DNA of 58,174 nucleotides, the filler included, from Sphacelaria rigidula (Eukaryota): NCBI GenBank assembly GCA_964200075.2. It is 7 parts of 7 records of this genome, joined end to end, with 100 filler letters (N's around TTAATTAATTAA, not from the genome) between each part and the next. Parts side by side here need not be neighbours in the genome. Positions count along the whole stretch, not along the records: positions 8,327 to 16,552 come from CAXNAA020011856.1; positions 16,653 to 24,877 come from CAXNAA020011857.1; 5 more parts are not named here. One strand, 5' to 3'. Below are positions 12,291 through 23,778 of this stretch, in pieces. The position numbers were made by a program, and so were the translations under genes. Below the pieces are notes generated by a model. The model saw only the letters and a program-made list of their open reading frames with translations, was not told the DNA's origin and made no database searches. Position 1 is the stretch's first letter. Each line of letters starts with the position of its first letter.

Positions 12291-13791
12291 AAAAGCTCAT
12301 TGCACACGGATGCAACCCCCCCCCCCCGAAAAACTCCCCTCCATTGTCAGATCTAGTAACCTCAACCAATGATGGGATTCTATCAGCACGCACTCCAGCA
12401 AGAAAACTTCGGAAGGCACTCCCAGCGTCTGACTTACTTCTCAGGAAATACATCCATGCACGCCTTGTGAAATCATCCTTCACAATCATTGGGTGATGTC
12501 TACCCCCTACGGACGCAACGTCCTTCCTCCCTCCCAGGTCAACAAAAACTCTGTACAACTTTTTATCCGATTTACGTTTAGTTTCATGAGCAATTCCTTT
12601 CCTAATAGCCTTTGACATCGAACATCCCGTACAAGCATGCATGTCACCGGTCAACTCGGTACCTAGTCGCTTTGCAGTAGTACGAAGCAATCCCTCGTGT
12701 ATATGAGCATTAATGTTATGGAACTCGTTCACATCCATCTTCTTTTCATGCTTGGGGTTTGAAGGAGTGAGAGCAGCCAACACCCAACCAACACAGTCAT
12801 CTCCCAGACGATACGCAGTCGCAATTAACATGCCATCGAAGTTCTGAAAAGTAACATGTCCGTCGTAAGCAGTCATTACACCATCAGAACCACCAAGACC
12901 ATTCCATGACTTGCCATCAAACTCTGCGCTGGGAGAAAAGAGGTTATACCCTAAGTTGGGAGAGTGCAACACGTTCTCCAACTCTACGGAAAACTTGTTG
13001 TCAGCAGACACGAACACCAACTCCAGTGTTCCAGAGAGTGCTACCTCACAATTCACGCCACCAATCCCTTTCACGTTCATGTGGCAAGGCTTTACATACT
13101 TCATACAAGAGAGAGAATCAGTCATGTGGAAAGCAGTACCCGTGTCTGCATACCAATCTTCGACACACCTATCCTTCCTTGCAACAGAAGAGTATTCACG
13201 AACAGCATCATCACTGATACAGCGCTCACTCAGCATGGCATCATAAAATGCTACCAGACACGTCATATCACTTAAGTTGTTTAAGCTGGTTTGAGAGAGC
13301 AACACCAAGCTAGACTTCTCACCGTTCTCATCCTCGTCGTCCTCGGATTTCCCCGTCTGGGTAGGATGAGCGATCACGCGAGCCAGGCAGTCCTGCCTCA
13401 AGTCACGCTTCTCCCCACACTTGAAACACTTCCCCTGAAACGTCTTTTTCTTGGACGAATCAGATTCGGAGCTAGACTTCGACTTGTTGTTCGGCTTCTT
13501 GGTACTCTTCCTCTCTGCCCTAGACACAAGAGCAACACTACTGGGCTTCTTCGGTCCACCTTGTGTCTGCACGTCTAGATACCGCTCACGCACTTTAGTC
13601 TCTATGAACGATGGGTCGTTCAGACAGAACACCACAAGAGTTTCACGCAAAGTCTTGTACTCGAGCGACAGTCCCTCAAGCATCAGGTTGCACACCTCTC
13701 TGCCATCTTTCTTGACTTCAAGCATTTGTAGAACACCAAGTGTCTCTCTCATGGATGCAAAGAAGGTTACGGGATTCTCGCTCGAACGCAT
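12289..13791 (-). pseudogene. Copia gag C-terminus, Zn knuckle, protease, pre-integrase and integrase core
   Basis: CFKCGEKRDLRQDC (knuckle, His lost); WYADTGTAFHM (protease); H...H...CTGC; VDLGG, DDFTR, RSDNGGEF (integrase). Confidence 0.92.
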
Positions 13792-14719
13792 CGTAGCGAC
13801 TTCAGTTTCTTCTCCTGCACGCGAATCTGACTCTGGCTCAAAGGTCGGAAGTGATCCTTGAGCACTCGGAACATCTTGCTAGGGCGACCAGCATGCCTAG
13901 CCATGGTTTTCAGACTATCTTTCTTCAAGCAGTCAAACAGAAACCACCAAGCCATCTCTGCCTGACGCACCACACCCACACTGAATCCTTTCTCTACCCG
14001 GGGGGTCAAGTCGAAACCAATGTCTGCAATCGGAATCTCAGCTTCAGAAACAAACGCCTCATACAGATTGTTGTGTCGGGTACTCGACAGAAAATTCAGC
14101 GACCATGAGGGATACGACACGTCGTTACCATCAAAAACAGGAGCTTTGGGAACTTTGAAAGGACCCCTACCCAACTTCTCTCCTGTGTCAGGAGTGTCAG
14201 CCCCAGGAATCAGTGTGTTTCCACTGGCGACGTTTTCCCACCACTTACTCGACAGAGTAGGAGCGGGCGAAACAGAGACTGACCCAAAGCCCCATCTGCA
14301 GTCCCGATCGAACCAAAGTTTACTGCAGCAACAGAGGAACGATTTACAGCAGATACATGAGGGTTCAAGCCTGAGTCTGCAAGACTACTACTCCCAACCC
14401 GCATGCTGGACACGCCTAAGCCTTGGGCATCGCCGCCCGTACCTCCCGCGGTCCCACCGGTAGCATCGTCAGAAGGATGCGTACTAGTCTCTGGTCCGGC
14501 GCTTCTTGGCGCAGCACCTACAGAACCAGAGGACTTCACTTTCTCTCCCTGCAGCTCAACAAGCGACGAGACTAGCTCTCTTTGGTTTTGAACTAGCGAC
14601 GAGACTAGAGTCGTAAGCTGAGACAATTGAGCCTCTATGGAACCCATTCTCTCACCAACCTCCTGCGATCCACCCTCAGCTGGGCCAACCGCAGGATCCT
14701 CGTTCCCCGGTTCAGTCAT
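13767..14719 (-). pseudogene. Copia gag N-terminal region (two ORFs separated by a frameshift)
   Basis: ORF 14719-14210 starts 86 bp after the 5' LTR; ORF 14174-13767 contains KAPVFDG...YPSW, typical of Copia gag. Confidence 0.75.
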
Positions 14720-14805
14720 GATGAGGCAGGTTGATCAAGCCTCCCTCGACAGTCTCGTGCACAGTCCAGGTGGACGAAGTAGCAGTCGACTGATGCGCTA
14801 TAGCT

Positions 14806-15262
14806 TGTTGGTAAACTCGTGACTTCTGGAGAAAAGATGTTGTATTATTGAGACCTAGGTCTGGAGAGACAGGTCGGGAGAGTGGAGTGAGCACGGTAGG
14901 CGAGCTCGTGTCATCTACATCCCAGAAACTCTAGAAACCGAAGAATCACAGACAGGTTCCGGGAACATTCCGGAACCTCAGCAGCGTTCTACATGGTTCC
15001 AGGAACGGAACTCGGACCAACGCACTTCTTTACGTACCACAAAACCTCGGGTTGTTCCCCGCACCACAGATACCATGCTCGGACTAATGCAGTATCCACA
15101 AAGAGTACTCGTGCATGAGCTACAGAAAGGACTGCGAACGTTCCTCGCAATTCTCAAACATGTGGCAGCTCAGAAACCTACAGATCGACAGTTCCGTTAT
15201 CCAAATCGTCCAATCAGATATTCTACGCAAATCAGTCGATCCTATGGCCGCTATCACGAACA
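14806..15262 (-). repeat. 5' LTR of Copia element
   Basis: TGTTGG...GAACA, 457 bp, about 98.7% identical to the other LTR. Confidence 0.95.
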
Positions 15263-15472
15263 TTTCGCAGCGTTCCCGTCTCGGCCGCCTTCGTCGCCGA
15301 GTACGTCTCGAGGAGTACATGTGTCACCCCTTTTGCACTGAGATGCGGCGTCGGTTCCCACCTGCCTTCAGGGTTCATCATCATCGCTGCGTGGTAGCGT
15401 CGCACGTCCTTGTCCTCGACATGGGTAAGCGGCAGGAAGCTCTTTACCAGATCGCGTACTTGCATCACGTGC
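15263..15472 (-). pseudogene. hAT transposase exon, 5' part
   Basis: After a TACAG acceptor: HVMQVRDLVKSFLPLTHVEDKDVRRY...PHLSAKGVTHVLLETYSATKAAETGTLR. Resembles the hAT LPFxxVExxxF...PSRxTI...Y block and joins in frame to 9263 when the Copia and one TSD are removed. Confidence 0.7.
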
Positions 15473-18405
15473 CTGTATCTGCTGTGAGTCCGACACAGAG
15501 ATATGTAATTGGGAGAGGGATCCTTAATGCCATATTCGAGAACAAACCGAAAATGGTGCTGCTACTAAGCTGCTACATCACTTCAAAAGCGGGGGTGTAT
15601 TCTACGAAAAGGGCACGAGGCGATGACGATTTTGCACCGTACTGAAGTATGGTGCGGTACGACTGTACCAAGTACTACCATCGCTGTACACTACAGCATA
15701 TCTGCAACAAATCCCTTTTTGCATGGGCGAAATAATCCCTCATGATTTGCCCATGATATTGAGTCCAAAGATATGGCAGGTAAGGGGGGTATTCGCGTAA
15801 CTGAGTATCTTTGGGGAAAGTCTACGAGTGGCATCTACAACATAGTGACTGACCTGACGTGTGGTAATGTGATTGGACACACATGTAGGGTGTTACACCA
15901 TATTTAGGCGTGTAGTTACATACGTGAAGTCTTGACTTGATGACACGGAGTATATGGTTCGAACACCATCTCACTCCATCTCATCACCGCAATCAGACTG
16001 GCTGAACTGCATCAATGAAGTATCTCAACAACTCTCCACGGGCATCCGAGCCAACCAACACCCAGCATGTACAGCAGCTACTAGCCTGTGGGCCGATAAT
16101 ACAAGAAGCATTTACGCCATCCACGGACTGCGATATCAGAGGTGTCGCTGGTCTTCGTCTAAAGTAAGCCTGGCTTCCCTGCAGCTGGTGTTGCCTCGAG
16201 CACGCGCTCGACGCACTGCAGGTGCAGAGTTACTGTAAACATTAGTTGAACCATCTTGCACGCACAATTATCATCGAGCTCGGTCGGATTCTGGTGCTTG
16301 CATGTCTTTTGAAATGACTGCTCGGGTGCCCATGAACTGACATCCTTCACCTCTAGACATCCACCGCGTGGTTCGTGACAGAAGGATGGAACCAACAGTA
16401 CAGACAGTCGGTGTAAGGCCGGGCCACTTCTTATAACCAGACAAAAATAAATGGGCAATACACAAAAAAGGGTACACCCTGCCGTCTGCTAAAAAATAAA
16501 AGATCGCAAAAGCACCCCTCTGAACTCCGGCCACGGCTACTGGTCGTACGCCNNNNNNNNNNNNNNNNNNNNNNNNNNNNNNNNNNNNNNNNNNNNTTAA
16601 TTAATTAANNNNNNNNNNNNNNNNNNNNNNNNNNNNNNNNNNNNNNNNNNNNTTAGGCGCTGAAACTTCGTCCGCATGTCGTGTATATTATAGGCAACAA
16701 CCTCATGTTGCTAAATCTGGAGTAGCGTTGTGGGTGCGTGCGTATCGGGGCGAAAAGATGTCGGATTCTGTTCCGAATCGAGTTTTTTTTTCTTTCGGCG
16801 CAACACTGCGTAGCGGGATCTGAGGTATGTGGAACGGGTACGAATGTGAAAAATCTAGGCTAATTAGTGTGAGGGCAATTGTGGAACGGTTGATGCAAGC
16901 AAATAGGTGAGTCACCGAAATTGAGATTTAAGCTTGGGGCAATGGGGGAAGATGATGCGGCAGCTTGGTTTGAATTATTTCTATCTTTTTACGATTTCCG
17001 AGGAAATGAGAAGAGGCGTATAGCAGGGATTGGGATAGCAGAGATGCAACACGCACAAATGTGCATGTTACGGTCTAGCTTGGTTCTGCGTTGCGTCACA
17101 TTTGATATTCATATTAATAACAAATACTCCACATTCATGAGAGGAGCAAATGGCTCCATCGACGGGAAGCGAGATCCCCCGAGTCTGTAGATCATCATCA
17201 TCGTACAGGCGGAAATGCGTAATTTTCGACACGGGAAATTTCGCGTTTAGCTTCGACAATTGGTTCTTTAGATGGAAAGGATCCAGACAGACACAACCAC
17301 AGTTATTGGTGACATCCAGCTCTCATGATGCATCCACGGTGGCCGTGAAAAAATAGTCTCAGACTGATCATTACACATTATGCGATTATTCAGCACGATA
17401 TACTGTGTGCAGACGGTGGTGACAGTATCACTGCTTCCGAGTGCCACGGGTGGCCGCTGGTAAACGGTATCCACATTTCATATCGTCTCTACGTTGTTAT
17501 CGGATGGCGCAGTATCGGTGGGTTTACAAGGGATACACCACGCGGCAGAGTGCGCACACACAACCTGATTCACGCTGCACGCACGCCGCTGGATTCACCT
17601 AGGATGCACCATAAACAAGGGGGGGCGCTCCGAAATGCGGAAAATATATACCAGCGGCAACCTGTGTGATAATACCCAGCAATATTATGTAGAGCAGCGA
17701 ACGCTTATATATTCGGTGAGGGACGGGGTTTTCAACACCCCTCGTTATGTCACAGCTTTCAACCTCTATTTTTATTTTTCTCTCGTCAGAGATCATGCTG
17801 CACTTCTAGCGACGTCGTACTGTACGTCGATCTCTTGATGGAAGTGTTCACAACGTTCGATGGTGATTATACGGATTTCCGCAGTATCCTCATGCATCTT
17901 ATTGGGTTTGGAGGAGTTCGAAACCTATTATCCCAACCAAAGAATATTAATTTTATCCCAACGCTTGTTGTAAGCTTCAACGAGCGGTGACTCATCTATC
18001 GAACGAAGATCCAGGGTCTGGGTCAACGACCTAAAAAGTTGGTGAACGGCAAAATCGGGGTCCCACGTTATGGAACAAGCACCGTCTCGGACACCCAGCC
18101 GTATCGCCCCTGCCTCCCACAGTCACTCCCACACCACTCCAACCATCTACACTTGCACAGCTGCTTCCTCGCCCTCTTCTCCCCTCACCTCCCTGCCCTA
18201 CATACACACCACATCCACTTCCAACTTCGCGCCCACCCATACAACCCTGCACAGCCAGTTGCCTTGCCCCCTTCTCCCCGAATCTCCCTGCCCTAAACAC
18301 CGCATACTACATCCACCTTCGCGCCAACCCATTGAGAACATGAAGCTGGGTCTACACATCACCACGGGAGTAGCGGTTGTTGCCGTCGTGCTCTCCCCGA
18401 TCCAG

Positions 18406-20564
18406 GTCACTGGTTGCGACCAGTATGGAAGATACCACCGTTCAAGTCGCCAGCGATGCTCTAGCATCCTACCAGCGCACATGGTTGATGTACACGACGG
18501 TTGGTTCGTTGCGGTTCATGTTGATCGAGCACCCACCGTAGCCCTAGTAAACCCTGGCAGCAACTTGCGCGGAGGGCAGTCACCGTCGTTCCACAGGGAA
18601 CTTCCGCATCAATACTACGCACAGGCCGTGCAGGCCCTGCTAAGGTCTATTTCGGAGGTGGAAGCAGGTGCTAGCGTCGACCTCGCAATCTTCAGTGAGG
18701 GTCGATGGGGAGAGATTGTTGATGAGCAGGGCGTGCCTATCGACTGGGATATCGCCAGCGAGATCTGCGAGGAGCTCGGGTTGAAATGTACGCAGGTGAG
18801 CATGCCCTCTTAAAGCAGGATTAGACTCACGGTAACCGCCTACCTGTGGCTTTCGCTGGCCCACTCAGGCTACCCCGGTCGCGTATGAAGCCGCGACGGT
18901 AATTATTTTCGTGTCTGCAGTCATGATGGTATCATGTTCCTTGTTTGATGTTTCGTCTTGGAATGTTTCGCCGGAAGCAAGAGAACCTCAACAGGGGAAA
19001 GGGGCCAACCTCAACCCCCCGCCAACCCTCCACCCCAACCAACCCCCCGCATTTTGGACAGTAATTACTTGCACGGTGAAGTATCGAACGTCCCAACAGT
19101 GTCCTCAACTGATGGAACACGGTCACGTGAAGCTGCCAACTGAGCTGGTGTTGTTTGTGGCGTTGGGTAGGGTACGGCGTTCTGTATACCCGGGGATTTT
19201 CCCGGGGATTTACCGCACTCGACAGTTCCAAATCCCTTATCCGATTTTCCCGGGGATTTACCACACTCGACAGTTCCAAGTCCCTTATCCGATAGTTGTG
19301 TGAGTCCTGTAAGCCTCCCGTACGAGTACCGGGGGCTACGGGGGATACGCTATTCATAATATACCCGGTTGCGGGTACGGTTCTCTGTGCAACCTCTAAA
19401 CCCTACCCGACAGTTTTTGTCAGTTCTATAAGCTCCCATACCCTCAGTAAGTTCTGTACACAATGTTTACCCGTACCCGGAGCGCGGGTATGCTCCTTAA
19501 CAAATACCCGATTGCCGGCACGATTTTTGTGTAAGCCTCACTTGACCTAATGTCTCGTGATTTCTGTGAGACTTTCATCCCCGAAACCCCACACGAGAAA
19601 CCGTCCTCATCCACGGGCGAAATCGCCCCAATGTGGGGTATTCAAGTATAAAATAATCTGCTGAACTCCCGCGCTGCTTCACATTCATTTTAGAGTCAAG
19701 CTGAACCCTTTTGTGCTTTCAAGCTTGCATCGACCGCCTGGCATCAAATTTTCGAGCTACGCAACACCTCTTCGTATAATCGTCTCTTGGACTACCCCGG
19801 GACTAGTAAAATTCACGTTTTTCCTTTGTACTTGGCCAACTCCTCCCTGTGAAGCCCACCCCTCCAATGAAATTTTGGCACTCCGGAAGGGGTATACATC
19901 TTTATATTTTTTGTCCAAAACTTCTTGATGACGGGTCCACATGGGCTAGATGGTCCGGTGCTGAGGAACGGAAGCATGACGAGTTAACAGAATGGACTAT
20001 ACGACGTTGAGAAAAAGAATGCGGAGAACATGGGAATCCTCGTCTTATGTTCTTTTATTCGCCACTTCTTGTGTTTTTTTGTTTCGCCACAAGCTCACTT
20101 CTTCCGAAAAATAATCGAGTACATCTGAGTTTGGCGTGAAAAATTCTGGGTCTACTCCTAACCCCTTCCTGCGCTCGTCACCTACCCCTTCTGGTTCCGC
20201 CACGCAGGAACTGGTTTTGATGAACCAAAACAATGCAAGATCACTGCAGATCGAAAGCGTCACGGCGGAAGCCCTGGACTGTATCAGCGCAGCAGATGTG
20301 TTCGTCGGCAGTGAAGACGAGTTTTCTCAAGCGGCCGCTCTACTGTCACGTAGTGTGAAGGTTCTCACGGACAAGTGGAGGAGACCAGCTCAAGTCCACG
20401 AGAGCGATGATATGGTAATATCTCTTGACGTAGCGAACACTATTGCTGGTGTTGGAGATGCCACGCGAGCAGAATTGAACGAGTTCATGAAGGAGTGGAG
20501 GGAATGTTCATCGCAGGCCACATCACGAAATTCGCCGGCAATGCTCTCCACGCATGAGTGGTGA
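18406..20564 (+). CDS. Last two exons of a fucosyltransferase-like (GT11/GT23/NodZ-type) protein
   Basis: Exons 18406-18795 (CAG acceptor, CAG|GTGAG donor) and 20250-20564 (TGCAG acceptor, TGA), both phase 0. Motifs VAVHVDRAP, LPHQYYAQAV, LAIFSEG, ALDCISAADVFVGSEDEFSQAAALLS. The upstream part of ORF 18070 is probably intron. Confidence 0.65.
19168..19580. mobile_element. Intronic hAT-like MITE remnant with a 48-bp tandem duplication
   Basis: Starts TAGGGTACGG; many TACCC/GGGTA motifs; 19195-19242 is repeated at 19243-19290 with 2 mismatches. Right end not defined. Confidence 0.5.
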
Positions 20565-20924
20565 ATCGCGTGTTTATACTCTTGGTAGTGGTGTGTATCA
20601 ACGAATGAGTGCTTTCAACTCATCGGTGTCGAATATGTGTATCGTCGTTGGCGTTTTGAGGTGCTGGGGGAGAGTACACTGCCCCACCTGAAACTTGTAC
20701 GAGAGTTTCTACAAAAGTTTCCTCGCGCGGCCACTACCCCTTGCTCGTGCGTGCATGATAGCGCGCACAGGGGTGGGTGATGTAGGCGGACCTTGGTACA
20801 ACGTCTGTATTAGTGTTTGCTGCTGGTTCTTGCAGTCGGATGTATGTGAACGACATGCCCATCTATGCTGCGCTTCGCATGGGCCATTCACTCCAACATG
20901 CTGACTAGATAAAATGCTCCAGCA

Positions 20925-22500
20925 TGGTGTTGTGTTTGATCTGCTGTTACTCACTCCGTGGTGACGGCTTTACTTAGCAGCCATAATAGCCGATCTGTTT
21001 GCTTAATTGTCGCATATTAGCGGATTCCCGAGGAATTGAGCCGCCAGTGGGTAGTAGCTGGTGGGGTTATACGTGGGTGTGCGTGAGAAGGGATCAGACA
21101 CGAGTGATGCCTTGCCTTACTCATTTTGATGTCGAATGTATTGTTGCTGTGAATCCTGTGATCGCTGTACTCGGCAGCTGGTGGGCTAGGGCTATTCATG
21201 GGTCCCGAGGAAGGATCGGTTTGTCGTGTTCGTCTCGATGTTGAATGTATCGCTGTCATGACTCCGCCATGGTGGTCTTTTGTGGCAGCTGGGCGGTTAT
21301 GGCTATCCACGAGTCTGGAAGAGAGACCGGACCGGGTTACCTTTTGTCGCATTGATTCGATGTTGAATGTAATGCTGCCATAATGGCCTTTCACGGCAGC
21401 TGGTAGGTATAACTTTACGAGAGTCTGGAGAGGGATCGGACCGTGTCGAAATTTGTCGTGTTCATTCCGATGTTGAATATTTTGCTGTTCTGGCCCCATG
21501 ATGACCTTGGTCTGCAGTTGGTGAGTTAGTGCTGTAAATGAAACGAGAGGGATCAGACTGGGTCACTTTTTTGTCGTGTTCGTTTCGATGTGGAGTATGT
21601 CGCTGTTCTGACTCCAACGGCAGCAGTGAGCTTATCGCCCTCACCAATCCCTGTAGTGGTTAGCACGAGTGTGATGCAGGTGTTTATCGCCCTCATTACC
21701 GAGCCCGCCAGACTAACAGCTGAATGGTATGCAGAGAGCGCCATGATGACCTTACTCGGCACCTGGTAGGTGAGGGCTGTAGATTAGTCCGGAAAGGGAT
21801 CGGGTTGGGTCACGTTTTGTCGTGTTCGTTTCGATGTTCTGAATGTGTCGCTGTCGTTATTCCACATGGTTGTTTTTCGGCAGCTGGTGGGCTAGGGCTA
21901 TAGATGAGCCATGAGAGCATTGGACCGGGTTGTGACATTTTGTCGTGTTCGTTTCGATGTTGAAAATATTGCTGCGATGACTCTCATCATGATGGCCTTA
22001 CTCGGCAGCGGGTGGGCTAGTCTCGAGAGGGATAGGCGCGGTTGCGTTTCTCGTGTCCGTCTCGACGTTGAATGTGTCGTTGTCGTGACTACATGATATT
22101 CCTCGGCAGCTGGTGGCTAGGGCAATGGATGGGTCCCCAGGGGGATCGGACTGGGTTACGTCTAGTCTTTGTTATGTTGAATGTGTTCCTGCTCTGACTC
22201 CCGCCATGATGGCCTTACTCGGCAGCTGGGTCTCCAGGAGGAATCTGGTCGGGTCACAGCTATGTAGGGGATGTACATGGGTGTACCTAAGAGGGATCAA
22301 TGACGGGCTATATGTTGTCGTGTCGTTTCGATGTCGAATGTTTCGCTGGTGATGAGTTGTACTTGGCTTTTCCACAATACTACTGTTCGGGAGGGAGTCT
22401 TGCTGCCGCGTTCGAAGAGGTCGAGTCCCGCACCTTGCACCAAGGGATCGGGCCGGGTCACGTTTTTGTCGTGTTCGTTTTGATGTTGAATGTTTTGCCT
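20925..22500. repeat. Degenerate tandem array, ~110-125-bp unit, 11-12 copies
   Basis: Consensus gggatcggaccgggtcacgttttgtcgtgttcgtttcgatgttgaatgtgtcgctg...gccatgatggccttactcggcagctggtgggctagggct. Core gatgttgaat near 21128, 21237, 21359, 21469, 21587, 21832, 21956, 22064, 22173, 22330, 22482. Confidence 0.9.
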
Positions 22501-23194
22501 CCTTGAGAGTCTTGTTGCTACGTGCAAAAGGGGCCAAGTCCTACACCTTGCACGCATGTTATCCTTGTTGTCCTTGCTATTTGGATGTTGGTTAGTCACG
22601 TGGATGTATCGGGGGCTCTGCCAACCACGATGATGGGTGACTGTTTTTGCACGGGGGATTTCGGTACACTCGTGAATTCATGGATGCTGTTGTTGACTAG
22701 CACTGGCATCGTCATTGCGCTTGGCTCCAGTTTCGAGTATGGGAGCAGATGTAACTAAACAAAAGTTGAGATTGAACTACCAAGAAATACCAATAAGATA
22801 CAAATATCACTCATGCGTCGCGTGTAGGATATGTTCTGCTGCCGATAGGCATAAAAGCACACCTCAGCAAGTGGAGCTTGCACTGGGCTCGTCTTGCGGG
22901 CCGCTCTTGAGCGATGTGCGCACTTTCGGAAACGTTCCATTGACCTTCACACTCATTTCATTCCCACGGTTCGTGGTTCATGCCCACATTCCATTCCATC
23001 ACCCCATGTCATGCCAGCTGGGGGAGGGTAAAAAAGCATCATGATCGCCCAGACAGCACGAGTTCATTTTCTATGGAGTGGTCACGATGCATATATGCTA
23101 CAGGGGCTGTACATGCTCCCAACTGCATGGAACGAGCAGCAGTGCTCATTTTCGGGCGTGCCCCACGATCGTATTACGTTTGTTTTTGTCACTG

Positions 23195-23335
23195 AATTTC
23201 TCCCCTCCCTCGGGGCGAAGTCCGTGGTGTCGAGGGATCAACCCATGTCTCCCCCGGTACGTACCCTTCATTTTGGCCACACGGATTGGGTCAGCACTCC
23301 CGCACCGCGTCAACTCTCGTCAAACAAACGTAGTC
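23195..23335 (+). repeat. Interspersed repeat, second copy at ~52412-52550
   Basis: tctcccctcc...agtccgtgg...agggatcaac...ttttgg...cggattgggtc...gcaccgcgtcaactc aligns between blocks 3 and 7. Confidence 0.85.
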
Positions 23336-23471
23336 TAACAAGTGCTTTTTGCTGCTCACATACTCACGCTTGCGACGATGGGTATCTGATCTTCAACGTT
23401 TCGGGAGCCGAATGGCGACAATCAGACCATTAGACTACTGGGAGCGCGGTAGGAAGGAATGAAAGCGACAG

Positions 23472-23778
23472 CAGTGTTGAGAATCGAACGGGATGAGAAA
23501 CTCGAAACGATTTTTCAAATATCAACGAAAAAACGTCGATATCGATAGTTTTATCGATACTAGGATTATGCCAACCAATCGGTTTTCTGGTCTTACGGGC
23601 ATTTTTTGCTGTTTTTTGAAGGGACATTTTTGCAAGAAAAGTAGCCCCCCCCCCCTCCCCCCGAGAGAGCCGGTTCGCGTATCGAAAGTATCGGCTTACC
23701 AGCTCGCGGTTCCGATACTGAGAATTTCCGAGAATCGCGATCGATACTCGATATTTCGATACTCGATTCTCAACACTG
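23472..23778. mobile_element. hAT-like MITE (307 bp)
   Basis: Perfect 16-bp TIR CAGTGTTGAGAATCGA / TCGATTCTCAACACTG; many TCGATA subterminal motifs; no intact TSD. Confidence 0.8.

Larger units (their letters stand above)
9269..15262 (-). mobile_element. Full-length Ty1/Copia LTR retrotransposon (5994 bp), coding region decayed
   Basis: Two 457-bp LTRs; outer termini TG...CA; TSD TTTTG (9264-9268) / TTTCG (15263-15267); PPT GAGGGAGGG on the minus strand next to the 3' LTR; domain order gag-PR-IN-RT-RH. Confidence 0.96.

Noticed and set aside
9865-14822. Plus-strand ORFs inside the Copia element
   Set aside because: Antisense shadows of gag-pol with no independent motifs.
18070-18405. N-terminal S/T/P/H-rich part of the 247-aa ORF
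   Set aside because: C-rich low-complexity sequence before a good CAG acceptor; treated as intron, although a start at MKLGLH (18339) cannot be excluded.
20925-22500. CRISPR-like repeat-spacer array
   Set aside because: The sequence between conserved boxes is itself homologous between units, repeats are too degenerate, the context is eukaryotic and no cas genes are present.
21017-22599. Repeat protein (QHRNEHDK) encoded by the array
   Set aside because: Unit lengths do not preserve frame and stops are frequent.
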